Made by a program: the position numbers and the translations under genes. Source: a virus (taxonomy: Duplodnaviria > Caudoviricetes). From it: 25,899 nucleotides of DNA. Location: positions 1 through 25,899 of the IMG/VR virus record IMGVR_UViG_3300017646_000153; one strand, given 5' to 3'. Position 1 is the stretch's first letter. Every line of letters starts with the position of its first letter. The notes under the pieces are model-generated. The model saw only the letters and a program-made list of their open reading frames with translations. It did not search any database and was not told where the DNA came from. Positions 8,523-17,915 of this stretch are shown piece after piece.

Positions 8523-9281
8523 ATGAACCAAGTTACGCACCAGAACGCCACAGCGGGCCGCACAGGCGACGACATGGCCAAGATTCTGGCCGACGCCGAA
8601 GCGCTCTGCCGTGCCGTCGCCGGTCGCGACCTGGAGGGCGTGCCCCTCTATCTCGTTCCGCAATCGATCCTGCCGCCGGAATGCGGCTCGGGCGACCACT
8701 GCTACGCCTACACGCTGGGTTCGCTCGACCTCTATCTACGCGACCACATCCCCGGCTATCGCGGCCGCGGGCCGTGCGTGGTCATCAACGACATCGCCCT
8801 GGCCGAGAACTATGCCGGCGAAGACCTGGAGTACTTCACGCAGACGACGCTGATCCATGAATTGGCTCACGTATTGGATCGGCCGGCGGTGTACGAAGAC
8901 CGCACCGGCGTCGATCCGAACAAGTTGAAGTTCGAAGCGCTCGTCGTCGCGCACATCACCGCCAAGCCCATACGAGAGGAAATTCCCCGCTACCACGGGC
9001 ACGAAGCCAAGTTCATTCGCATCTGCCTGCACCTCTGCTATCGCGCCCAGCAACTCGGCTTCGACATTTATCACGTTGCGGTGTGCGCCGGCTACCGCTA
9101 TGGGCTGTCGCACGCGAGCCACTATCTCGAAGCCCTGGGCGACGAGCCGGCCCGCTGCATGGGCATGCTCTTCCGCGACATTCTCGCGACCGAGCCACCG
9201 CCCGCATTCTCGTCGCTGTGGTGCGACGACTTCATTGCCTACCACAAACGGTTTCCCCTTCAGAAAGGAAGCGACCTATGA
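8523..9281 (+). CDS. HExxH zinc metalloprotease-like protein (SprT-like)
   Basis: LIHELAHVL followed by HGHEAKF; ATG 8523 after GAAAGG. Confidence 0.65.
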   Translation: MNQVTHQNATAGRTGDDMAKILADAEALCRAVAGRDLEGVPLYLVPQSILPPECGSGDHCYAYTLGSLDLYLRDHIPGYRGRGPCVVINDIALAENYAGEDLEYFTQTTLIHELAHVLDRPAVYEDRTGVDPNKLKFEALVVAHITAKPIREEIPRYHGHEAKFIRICLHLCYRAQQLGFDIYHVAVCAGYRYGLSHASHYLEALGDEPARCMGMLFRDILATEPPPAFSSLWCDDFIAYHKRFPLQKGSDL

Positions 9282-9991
9282 GTGTTACTTCGTTCTTCGA
9301 GAAGTTCGTTGGCTTGCAGCAGCAGCGGGCGCAGACGGCCATCGCCACCTACCGCGACCTCGTCGCCGGCATTGCGACCGGCGAGGAGCCCAACCCGGCC
9401 GAGGTCGAACGTTTGTTGCCGGAAGCGGGCATGTCGCTTGATGACCTACGCCGCGACGTGGAGCACTTTCAACACCGCATGGCGCTCAAAGCGGCGGTCG
9501 CAGCGATGCCGGCGTTCGAAGCCGAGCGCAGCACCCTGGAAGAGAAGATCGCGGCCGCGAACAAGTTGCTGGAAGCGGCCGAAAAGCAGCACCGCGAAAC
9601 GACGCGACCGCTGTATCTTCGTCTGGAAGAGGTCAAGCAGGGCATTAACCAAGGCACCGACGCCACGATGCAATTGGTCTACACCTGCGAAGCGCCCGAC
9701 CTGCGCGGCGAAATGGATTCGCTCGATGCGGAATACGACCGCCTGAGTAGAGAGATTCAGGATCTGGAAGGTCGCGCTTTCCGCACCGACCGCCAAGCGC
9801 AGGAAGAGCACTACGAGGCGGATCACCAGTTGGTCTTGTCGGACACTCAGCGCGGTCATGAACGAGCCAAACGCACCGAACAGCAGGCCACGGCCATGCA
9901 CCGCGAAGTCAGCAGCATGAAGCGCAAGCTGGCCGACCTCGACAAGCAGCGCACGCAACTCGAGCAGCGGATGCGGAAGTCCGACATCTGA
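9278..9991 (+). CDS. Coiled-coil hypothetical protein (237 aa)
   Basis: ATG 9278 after AAAGGAAG, ATGA overlap; E/Q/R/A-rich helical sequence. Confidence 0.75.
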   Translation: MSVTSFFEKFVGLQQQRAQTAIATYRDLVAGIATGEEPNPAEVERLLPEAGMSLDDLRRDVEHFQHRMALKAAVAAMPAFEAERSTLEEKIAAANKLLEAAEKQHRETTRPLYLRLEEVKQGINQGTDATMQLVYTCEAPDLRGEMDSLDAEYDRLSREIQDLEGRAFRTDRQAQEEHYEADHQLVLSDTQRGHERAKRTEQQATAMHREVSSMKRKLADLDKQRTQLEQRMRKSDI

Positions 9992-10103
9992 TCTCGCCGC
10001 CGGCAAACCCACTCGGCCTGCCCGGCGTCGAACGCCGCGCCGGCCGACCGGACGAGGATGTGCGTCCGCGAATCGTTCTTTTACAATTTGGTTGAACCGT
10101 AGT

Positions 10104-10132
10104 GAGCCGCCGGGCTGGCACCCCGGCGGCTC
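10104..10132. terminator. GC-rich hairpin between the replication module and the defence operon
   Basis: Perfect 11-bp stem GAGCCGCCGGG/CCCGGCGGCTC, 7-nt loop; no U-tract, so function uncertain. Confidence 0.35.
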
Positions 10133-10166
10133 GGCAGAGCTAAAGTAGTTGGTTCAGCCACGCTGA

Positions 10167-10218
10167 TTGACCACAAAGGACATTTCGCCTATAACGCAGA
10201 TGTAACGCGCTCTGCGTT
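10167..10218 (+). promoter_or_regulatory. Sigma70-type promoter with overlapping operator
   Basis: TTGACC-17 bp-TATAAC (10167-10195); inverted repeat AACGCAGA-N10-TCTGCGTT (10193-10218). Confidence 0.7.
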
Positions 10219-10249
10219 GCATGCCGCGCCTGAGAGAGAGGTATCTATT

Positions 10250-10444
10250 ATGGCAGCCAATAAGACGGAGTTTCTCAACATGCGGGTCTCGCCGCAGACA
10301 AAGCGAGCGTTGCGAGTCATCGCGGAAAGCGAGAACCGCAGCATGGCGAATGCGTTGGAATGGCTCGTAGCTGAGTACATGGCAAGAAACGAACTTCCAA
10401 TGTCTCGTCCTACCCCGAAGCGGGTTAGGGTTCACGCAGGTTAA
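10250..10444 (+). CDS. Ribbon-helix-helix regulator
   Basis: ATG 10250 after GAGAGG; FLNMRVSPQTKRALRVIAESENRSMANALEWL is an Arc/CopG-like pattern. Confidence 0.75.
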   Translation: MAANKTEFLNMRVSPQTKRALRVIAESENRSMANALEWLVAEYMARNELPMSRPTPKRVRVHAG

Positions 10445-10454
10445 GGAGACCGCC

Positions 10455-11402
10455 ATGACGGCACTTCACGAGAACGGGAAGGCATCGAAAGCCAACGGTT
10501 CGTCGCAATGCGTCCGCATTCTGAAGAATACCCGCGATGCTGGGATCCAAATGCCAGATTACGCGCTTTGGCAGGGAGATGCAGGTGCGTTTTTAGACGC
10601 CCTTCCTTTAGAACCACTTTTTGACCTTGTGGTTACATCGCCACCGTACAACATTGGAAAGCCCTACGAAAAGCGTGCCGAGCTGGAGGACTATCTGCTT
10701 TGGCAGTCAACGATCATCAACAAGATTGTGCCTCGGCTAAAGCCGACGGGAAGTCTTTGCTGGCAGGTCGGGAACTATGTCGAGGATGGAGAAATCCTGC
10801 CGCTGGACATTGAGTTTGCGCCGATCTTCAGGGCGCATAAACTTCAACTCCGCAACCGGATCGTCTGGCACTTCGGCCACGGGCTGCACACCAAGCGGCG
10901 ATTCTCCGGCCGATATGAAGTCGTAATGTGGTACACCAAGAGCAAGGACTACACCTTCAACCTGGACGCCGTCCGTATCCCATCGAAGTACCCGGGGAAG
11001 CGGCACTTCAAAGGACCACGGGCTGGCGAGCTTTCGGGAAATCCATTGGGGAAGAATCCTGAAGATGTGTGGTTTATCCCCAACTGCAAGTCCAACCATG
11101 TTGAAAAGACCGAACATCCCTGCCAATTTCCTGTCGGTTTAATTGAGCGGTTGGTTCTCGCACTCACAAACGCTGGTGGGTTGGTGTTCGATCCGTTCGC
11201 AGGGGTTGCCTCCGCCGGCGTGGCGGCAGCACTCTACGGCCGACGGTTCTGGGGCTGCGAGATTGCCAAAGAGTACGTGCAAATCGGACGCGATCGGCTT
11301 ATCGAGTCCCTTTCAGGAAGCGTAAAATACCGGCCACACGATAAAGAGATTTACGACCACAATCAGAGCAACCTGTCGCGGAAGCCTTCTGAATGGTCGT
11401 GA
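10455..11402 (+). CDS. Beta-class N4-C/N6-A DNA methyltransferase
   Basis: TSPPYN catalytic motif precedes HPCQFP and VFDPFAG SAM-binding motif. Confidence 0.93.
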   Translation: MTALHENGKASKANGSSQCVRILKNTRDAGIQMPDYALWQGDAGAFLDALPLEPLFDLVVTSPPYNIGKPYEKRAELEDYLLWQSTIINKIVPRLKPTGSLCWQVGNYVEDGEILPLDIEFAPIFRAHKLQLRNRIVWHFGHGLHTKRRFSGRYEVVMWYTKSKDYTFNLDAVRIPSKYPGKRHFKGPRAGELSGNPLGKNPEDVWFIPNCKSNHVEKTEHPCQFPVGLIERLVLALTNAGGLVFDPFAGVASAGVAAALYGRRFWGCEIAKEYVQIGRDRLIESLSGSVKYRPHDKEIYDHNQSNLSRKPSEWS

Positions 11403-11414
11403 CAGGGGTGCTAC

Positions 11415-11876
11415 ATGAAAGCAAATGTCTATGGCCACCACTTCGGGGACAAGATCATTCCTGAGGGGCTCATCAATGAAGCCAAAGCAGCGATCGAGTC
11501 CTGCTCTGTCGTGCCGCAGAAAAAATCCTCCAAAAGAATCAAGGAAGCCATTTTGGAATCGTTGGCAGAGAAGGGGTGGCCAGGCGAGGTGACGTTGGAT
11601 ACCGCCTCAAAGATCAGCATCACGTCGCGCAAGGAAAGCATTGGGCTTTGCTTCCAAACTGGGAACATGAGCCGGATGTACGCTGATCTCCTCAAGCTAC
11701 AAGCGGTCTACCTGCGGGGCTCGATAGACGCTGCGATATTTATCTTGCCCGAAGACGAGTGTGCCAAGATCCTTGGCGACAACATAGCAAACTGCGACCG
11801 CCTTCGGCGCGAGCTGGAAATATTTGATCGGGCAATCACCGTCCCCCTTGCCGTAATCGGAATTGAACAATCATGA
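11415..11876 (+). CDS. BglII/BstYI-like restriction-endonuclease-fold protein, probably inactive
   Basis: L..KGW, IGLCFQTGN...YADLLKL and VIGIE pattern; expected catalytic D and E appear replaced. Confidence 0.6.
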   Translation: MKANVYGHHFGDKIIPEGLINEAKAAIESCSVVPQKKSSKRIKEAILESLAEKGWPGEVTLDTASKISITSRKESIGLCFQTGNMSRMYADLLKLQAVYLRGSIDAAIFILPEDECAKILGDNIANCDRLRRELEIFDRAITVPLAVIGIEQS

Positions 11877-13159
11877 GCACCTCTGAAGTCGATGCGTCAG
11901 CCAGTGAATGGGGCTGGCCGCTACCGAAGCGCAAGCAGCTTTTTGAGGATTTGAAGGCGGGGTCTTCACACAGCCGTCAATTGGAGTTCATGGGTAAGCT
12001 GTGGACGCTACCGGTGGTGCGGGTGCCGATCCACGCTCCGAAATACAGGTTGCTGAACGGCCGGACTGCGTCGGCGCAAGAGGAGTGGCTCGCGAAGCAC
12101 CCGGATAAGCCGGAGGATTTCTTCAGCAAAGACCCGGAATCGGATGAGGTTCAAAAGGTGCAGCACGAGCTGCTCGAAAGACTTATTAAGGGCGCTGGGC
12201 TATTGCCGTACTTCAAAGAGGCGGAGAACAAGCAGAAAGAGCCGCTCATCCTGGATTGCAATGGCTTCGTCATCAACGGGAACCGGCGGCTTTGCGCCTG
12301 GCGGAACCTGTACAAGGAGGATAAGACGAAGTACGGGCACCTGTCCCACGTCGATGTGATCGTCTTGCCGCCGGCCGACGAGAAGGCCATCGACAAGCTG
12401 GAGGGCGAACTCCAGGTCGAGCCGGATATCCGTGATGACTATACCTGGGACTCGCTCGCCAACATGATGAAGGTCCGGCAAAAACTGCACGCGCTGGACA
12501 CAAAGTCGCTGGCGGAGTTCTACAAGAAACGCGAGAGCGACGTAAAAGAGCTGCTCGATATGCTCGATTATGCCGCGGCCTATCTGGAGAAACGCGGCAA
12601 GGCTCACCAATGGAGTGAGGTGTCCGACAAGGAATATGCGTTCCGGCAAATGGTGAAGCGGCGCGAGGCGTTCGGTGACGCCGGGAAGAAGAAGCTGTTT
12701 GAAGAAATCGCCTATGCGTTGATCGACGACCCGGAAGGTGGCCGACTCTATGAAGCGATTCCGGATGCCCACAAGCACTTCGACAAAATCCGCGAGGGGC
12801 TTTTGGATGTGTTTCCAGTGACGGCGTCTGGAGATGGGGGCGGGCTCGATATTCTCGGCGGCGGGACTGTTACCACCGTCGACGTGCCGCTGGCGCAGGA
12901 AATCAGCAAGGATGAGGAAACGCGTAAAAAGGCAAGCGGCATCATCCGCGACCTAATCGAGTACCTGAAGTTGCTCGATAAGGAAAAGAAATCGTCCGAC
13001 TTCCTGCTGATCCAACTGCAAAAGGCGAATGGCCTGGTGCAGAACGGCATCACCGGTGGCTTGCGGCCGGAGTCCAAAAAAGCCGGGGTTGAAGAGCAAA
13101 TCAAAGCGATAGAGAAGGGGCTCGCGGAAATCCGGGAGTGGCTGGCCAAGAATGCTTAG
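11873..13159 (+). CDS. ParB/Srx-like N-terminal domain protein
   Basis: QKEPLIL...VINGNRRLCA motif; ATGA coupling to the upstream gene. Confidence 0.7.
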   Translation: MSTSEVDASASEWGWPLPKRKQLFEDLKAGSSHSRQLEFMGKLWTLPVVRVPIHAPKYRLLNGRTASAQEEWLAKHPDKPEDFFSKDPESDEVQKVQHELLERLIKGAGLLPYFKEAENKQKEPLILDCNGFVINGNRRLCAWRNLYKEDKTKYGHLSHVDVIVLPPADEKAIDKLEGELQVEPDIRDDYTWDSLANMMKVRQKLHALDTKSLAEFYKKRESDVKELLDMLDYAAAYLEKRGKAHQWSEVSDKEYAFRQMVKRREAFGDAGKKKLFEEIAYALIDDPEGGRLYEAIPDAHKHFDKIREGLLDVFPVTASGDGGGLDILGGGTVTTVDVPLAQEISKDEETRKKASGIIRDLIEYLKLLDKEKKSSDFLLIQLQKANGLVQNGITGGLRPESKKAGVEEQIKAIEKGLAEIREWLAKNA

Positions 13160-14966
13160 GATTGCCTATGAAGCCGATACGCGCCGGGCGATTCTGAGCT
13201 GGGACGCCTCGGAAAGTGCTGCCGAATGGGTGCGGCTGCTGAAGCGCGTCGTATCTGACCATACGGACGAATACACCCAGCTTTCTGCGGAAGCAGTTGC
13301 TTTGCCGTGGTGGACATTCTTGTCGGCCAGGTCGCAAGTAAAGCAAGTGTTGGGTGGCTACAAGGTTCAGCTCAAGGTTGGGGAGCTGGCTGCGGAGCTG
13401 CTCAAGCAGTCAAACGCTAATGAGGTGTCCTATGCCCAGGCCAAGGCCGCAACGGCGGCCTCAACGGGCGGGATTGTCGAGCGCCTAGCGGCGAAAGGCT
13501 TCACGCGAACTCTTACAAATGAGCAGTTACGGAATGTTGGAAAGCTAGCCGGGCTAAGTGCCGCGGCGACGTTTTCCGTGCCGGGTGCCGGAAAGACGAC
13601 CGAAGCCCTGGCGCACTTCTTTCTGCGTGCTGGGGACGACGACAAGCTCCTGGTCATCGCCCCGAAAAATGCATTTGGTGCGTGGGATGAGCAGATAGAG
13701 ATATGCGTACCGGGATCGGCTGGGTTCACTCGACTTCGGGGCGGACGGGATCGCATTGAGCAGCTATTGGATGAAAACCCGCGGTACATGCTGATTACTT
13801 ATCAGCAATTGCCGCGAGTACGGGACCTGATTGCCAAGCATATCGCCAGTCATCGCGTCTTCGTGTATCTGGATGAAAGTCATCGAATCAAGAGCGGAAA
13901 GCAGTCGGTGACTGCGGAGAACGTCCTGAGCCTGTCGCATTTGCCGGTGGGCAAGCTGGTGATGTCGGGAACTCCGATGCCGCAAGCGGATTCTGATCTG
14001 ATTCCGCAGTTCTCGTTCCTTTACCCGGAAATGCCGGTTGATGTGGTGACGGTCGCCGATCTCATTAAGCCGGTCTACGTCCGCACGACAAAGCGTGAGC
14101 TGAACCTGCCGCCGGTGGATCGGCGTTTGATCGAGCTGGACATGTCGCCGGTGCAGGCGAAGCTCTACAGCCTGATGCGGTTTGATGTGGCGAAGGCTGC
14201 CGAACAGGCACTGAGTGTGCGGAGCCGACTCTCATTCCGGCGGCTCGGCAGGAGCATCATGCGGCTGCTGCAAGTGGTCTCGAATCCCTCATTGCTCGCG
14301 CGCGAGGTCGGTTTCGCCCATGAGGGCATGCTCGGTGAACTGTTAGAGGAAGGCCGGGCGCCGAAGGTCGAATATGCGTGTTCGCGTGCCCGGCAACTGG
14401 CAAGGGAAGGCCGAAAGTCGCTGATCTGGACATCGTTCGTGGCCAATGTCGAGCTGATTTCTGAGCGGCTCTCGGACATCGGGGCGGTCTTCATTCACGG
14501 CGGCGTGGAAGCTGGGGATGAAGACGATGAAGACACGCGGGAAGGGAAAATCAAGGCATTCCATGACGATGCTGAGATCCGCGTGATGGTGGCCAATCCG
14601 GCAGCGGCGAGCGAGGGAATCAGCCTGCACACTGTTTGCCACAACGCGATCTATGTTGATCGGACGTTCAATGCTGCACACTACCTGCAATCAGAGGATC
14701 GGATTCACCGCCTCGGCTTGCAGCCGGATCAGGTGCCGGTGATTGAAATCCTGGAGTGCCGGTCAACCATCGATCAAATCGTTCGCACACGTCTCGGCTT
14801 CAAAATCGACCGAATGAGCGCGGTGCTGGATGATCCGTCGCTCAGCGTCGATCCGATTCCCTTTGATCCGGCGCGGTTTGAGGAGTCGGACGATTATGGG
14901 GCGGGGGTCACGGAAGATGATATCGCGGCAATCATTAGCGGCCTTAAAAATGGGGTGGCAAGATGA
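13152..14966 (+). CDS. SNF2-family SF2 helicase/ATPase
   Basis: GAGKT, LDESH, MSGTP, SEGISL, QSEDRIHRLG motifs. Confidence 0.92.
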   Translation: MLRIAYEADTRRAILSWDASESAAEWVRLLKRVVSDHTDEYTQLSAEAVALPWWTFLSARSQVKQVLGGYKVQLKVGELAAELLKQSNANEVSYAQAKAATAASTGGIVERLAAKGFTRTLTNEQLRNVGKLAGLSAAATFSVPGAGKTTEALAHFFLRAGDDDKLLVIAPKNAFGAWDEQIEICVPGSAGFTRLRGGRDRIEQLLDENPRYMLITYQQLPRVRDLIAKHIASHRVFVYLDESHRIKSGKQSVTAENVLSLSHLPVGKLVMSGTPMPQADSDLIPQFSFLYPEMPVDVVTVADLIKPVYVRTTKRELNLPPVDRRLIELDMSPVQAKLYSLMRFDVAKAAEQALSVRSRLSFRRLGRSIMRLLQVVSNPSLLAREVGFAHEGMLGELLEEGRAPKVEYACSRARQLAREGRKSLIWTSFVANVELISERLSDIGAVFIHGGVEAGDEDDEDTREGKIKAFHDDAEIRVMVANPAAASEGISLHTVCHNAIYVDRTFNAAHYLQSEDRIHRLGLQPDQVPVIEILECRSTIDQIVRTRLGFKIDRMSAVLDDPSLSVDPIPFDPARFEESDDYGAGVTEDDIAAIISGLKNGVAR

Positions 14967-15826
14967 TGAGCCTTTCCCCAGGCCTGCTTTACTCCGCACA
15001 GAAGCTGGTGGACACGGTTGCAAACAACCGGATGCACCGCGACGAGTTCCTGTTCTCGTTCCGCACGGTACTAGTATCCCCGGCCAATGGGGTACTTACG
15101 CTCTCTACGCGTTGCGGCTGGATCAATATCGATGAGGAGTTCGCCCTTGATGTCACGGAGATGGGACGGAAGGTCCAATCGCTGCTGACGGTAGAGGACA
15201 AACTACGGCAACAGATCAAGGACTTCATCCAGTCAGTTCAACCGGCCTGGGCAAAGCTGCTCCCCAGGGGGCGATTGGAATCCTTGCCGGTCATGCCGTC
15301 AGACGCCAGACAATGCTTTACGGAGGCTGGCCTCGCAGTTAACCCGCCAACCGATGAAGTTATAGCATGGTGGGATGATCTCGCTGCCGCTGCTCGCGGG
15401 CGGCTTGCTGATTACCTCGCGAAAGTCGGTCGTGATGGCGAGCGCTGCTCGATGCGGTATGAACAGGAACGCGTGGGACGGCGCCCAATCTGGAAGTCAA
15501 TCGAGTCGAATCTGAGTGGCTACGACCTGCTTTCGCTGGTCACGCGGGAGGATACTTCGACGCTGCAAATCGAGGTGAAAGCATCGGAGCAACCGGTTGA
15601 TTCGGCGTCGATGCATATCACGCGGACCGAATGGGAGGTCGCCTCCACCGGCGGTCGGTATGTCTTTCACCTGTGGTCAATGACAGATAGTGGCAAGCGA
15701 CTGGCCATCCTCGCGCCTCATGATGTTGCCGGGCATGTGCCGACTAATTCCGGCGTCGGCCGGTGGGAAAGTGTGGAAATCCCCTTTCGGGCATTTGAGG
15801 ATTCGTTTCGAGAAGTAACGCTCTAA
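14963..15826 (+). CDS. DUF3883/NOV_C-like PD-(D/E)xK nuclease domain protein
   Basis: C-terminal G..GE...GYDLLS...IEVKAS...ITRTEW. Confidence 0.8.
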   Translation: MMSLSPGLLYSAQKLVDTVANNRMHRDEFLFSFRTVLVSPANGVLTLSTRCGWINIDEEFALDVTEMGRKVQSLLTVEDKLRQQIKDFIQSVQPAWAKLLPRGRLESLPVMPSDARQCFTEAGLAVNPPTDEVIAWWDDLAAAARGRLADYLAKVGRDGERCSMRYEQERVGRRPIWKSIESNLSGYDLLSLVTREDTSTLQIEVKASEQPVDSASMHITRTEWEVASTGGRYVFHLWSMTDSGKRLAILAPHDVAGHVPTNSGVGRWESVEIPFRAFEDSFREVTL

Positions 15827-15868
15827 GCCGAGACACTCATCGGGACCGTATCTGGATGCGGTTGTTGG

Positions 15869-16990
15869 CTAACGGGTCGCCCAAGAAGTAAGACGGGCAA
15901 TGCAATCGGCACAAAGCTTGTTCGCGTTTTCGAGATAGGGGACGTCGATGGCGGCAAGCTGGCCAAGGGCGAGGTTGTAAACATTCACGTTTGAGTCAAG
16001 GTAGCGCTGGTCGACATAGCCGCGGTTGTGAACATGAACATTGCGGCGGATGACAAACTCGACAACCTGCGCGAATGCGTTGGGGATGGCAGGATCGGCA
16101 AGAACGACGCCGGTGTGGTTCAGGATTTGTAACACGTCTTTGATGTAAAAGAGTTTTAGTTGTCGCTCGATGATGGCATCCTGAAACTGGTCAAGGTCGT
16201 CGTAGTCGGCAAACTCGGTCAATGCGACCTTGTCGCTCCTGCCAAACCGTGCGATGAGTTTCAGGAAATCGTTACGCAGGGCAACACGAACGATGTCGAA
16301 GACGGCGGCATCAAATGCGGTCATCAACAAGAGGAAGCCCTGTCGGTAAAGGTTTACTTCGGCTTCCGGAAGCGTGAGCCTGGCAGCGAACCTCATTCGC
16401 TCGAAGAAATCTAACGCCCTTCGTAATGCGTTATTCCTGCCAGTAAGGCGTCGGCACTCAACCTGCGTAATAGCATGGCGGATGACTCCGCGGATATGCT
16501 CGTCGTCTTCTTCTGTCCGTTCTAAAGGATATCCTTCCTCAAGGGCTTCGATGTGTTTATGGAATGATCGCTCGACGAGAGCCTCTCTTTCTTCAATGGT
16601 GGGAGACCCTGAGAGATTCGCATCAATGTATTGAAGCCAGTCGCCGAATAACTCGAATTTCTCTGGCGGGATGGAGTTGGCGAAGGTGTCTGCCTCGAAT
16701 GCATCGATTTGCTGGTCCTGCTGTTGGGCCAAGTCCTTGAGCTTCGGCTCGAGCTGATCGATGATCGCCAACAAAGCGGCTACCTCACTGGCGTCAAAGG
16801 GTTGACCTTTCCGCTCTGGCGGTCGTTGAAAAAACTGCGTGACGCCATTCATGTTGAGAAGGTAGGTAACGTGCTTAGCGGCATCGTCGTTGATTTGCGT
16901 GTATTCGTCCGCGGTGACGATAAAGCGACGGATATTGGCCTGTTCGTCGAGGAAACGTGTCTGGATTTCAGCAGCGGTCTTGTGAGACAT
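15869..16990 (-). CDS. HEPN-like domain protein (putative RNase effector)
   Basis: C-terminal RRNVHVHNRG (RxxxxH); start uncertain (16990, 17011 or 17062). Confidence 0.6.
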   Translation of the reverse strand: MSHKTAAEIQTRFLDEQANIRRFIVTADEYTQINDDAAKHVTYLLNMNGVTQFFQRPPERKGQPFDASEVAALLAIIDQLEPKLKDLAQQQDQQIDAFEADTFANSIPPEKFELFGDWLQYIDANLSGSPTIEEREALVERSFHKHIEALEEGYPLERTEEDDEHIRGVIRHAITQVECRRLTGRNNALRRALDFFERMRFAARLTLPEAEVNLYRQGFLLLMTAFDAAVFDIVRVALRNDFLKLIARFGRSDKVALTEFADYDDLDQFQDAIIERQLKLFYIKDVLQILNHTGVVLADPAIPNAFAQVVEFVIRRNVHVHNRGYVDQRYLDSNVNVYNLALGQLAAIDVPYLENANKLCADCIARLTSWATR

Positions 16991-17154
16991 ATAGGTGAAA
17001 CCTGTCCTCATTTTGTGTCGTGAGCATCGCGCGATGCCATCTTCAGTTCGAGGCGATGCCACTACTTTTTATCGCTCCGGCCGGCATCGGGACAGCATGC
17101 CGAGAAAACTGGCGTAGCGCACGCCCCAATAAACTTCTGCTGAAATTCTGGCCA

Positions 17155-17194
17155 ACCGCGCTTGATGTGTTCGCGCCCGCATGGCTCATGTGTG
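17155..17194 (+). promoter_or_regulatory. Promoter-like motif shared with helper prophage
   Basis: ACCGCGCTTGATGT...TGGCTCATGTGTG, matching 1340-1379 (minus). Confidence 0.55.
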
Positions 17195-17252
17195 ACTGTC
17201 GCCTGCGGATTGGCCGCGGGCGGAAACGAACCTCGATGCGAAAGGACGAACG

Positions 17253-17636
17253 ATGAAGACCACGAAGACCGCGACGAAGAAGGCGACCAAGTCCGCGAAG
17301 CCCGCCAAGAAGGAAAAGGCGAAGGCGAGCATGCCGGCCAAGGCGACGCCCGCCAAGACGGGCAAAGCCGCGAGGGCATCGAATCCCGCCAAGACGGATG
17401 CCAAGAAGCTGAGCCAGATCGAGGCGGCAATCAAGGTGCTGGCCAAAGCGGGCGAACCCATGAACTGTAAGGCGATGGTCGAGGCGATGACCAAGCAGGG
17501 ATTGTGGACCAGCCCCGGCGGCGCGACGCCCGACGCGACCTTGTACAGCTCGATCCTGCGGGACATTAACACGAAGGGGAAGGACGCCCGCTTCAAGAAG
17601 ACGGATCGCGGCCATTTCACCCTGAACGGCAAGTAG
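17253..17636 (+). CDS. Lys/Ala-rich protein with C-terminal winged HTH (HARE-HTH-like), element copy
   Basis: GGATPDATLYSSILRDI...RFKKTDRGHF aligns without gaps to 164-598. Confidence 0.8.
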   Translation: MKTTKTATKKATKSAKPAKKEKAKASMPAKATPAKTGKAARASNPAKTDAKKLSQIEAAIKVLAKAGEPMNCKAMVEAMTKQGLWTSPGGATPDATLYSSILRDINTKGKDARFKKTDRGHFTLNGK

Positions 17637-17646
17637 GAGGTGGCCC

Positions 17647-17889
17647 ATGAACGACGAACGACAAACCGGCGCGGTGGACCAGGAAGCGTTCGAGAAGGTC
17701 ATCCGCGACAACCTTTCGCCCGAGGCCGTCGCAACGATCATCGCGTTCCTTCAGCCGGCGGCGTTTTACCGGCCCGCCAACCAGGAGGCGATGCAAGCGC
17801 TTCTCCAGGTCGAATGGTTCGCCAACACGCTGACCGACATGCTCGGCGTCGAAGAGCACAACCGCCTGATGGAAGAGCTAGGCCTATAG
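17647..17889 (+). CDS. Hypothetical protein (80 aa)
   Basis: Strong RBS GGAGGT; directly follows 17636. Confidence 0.7.
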   Translation: MNDERQTGAVDQEAFEKVIRDNLSPEAVATIIAFLQPAAFYRPANQEAMQALLQVEWFANTLTDMLGVEEHNRLMEELGL

Positions 17890-17915
17890 CGGCCTACGCC
17901 CCACCACGACGCCAC

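Noticed and set aside
9995-10075. c-di-GMP-I riboswitch (GGCAAACC)
   Set aside because: Partner GCAAAG-type element and second stem not found
10099-10132. GTAG-family REP element
   Set aside because: Single copy in window and no associated transposase; cannot be supported
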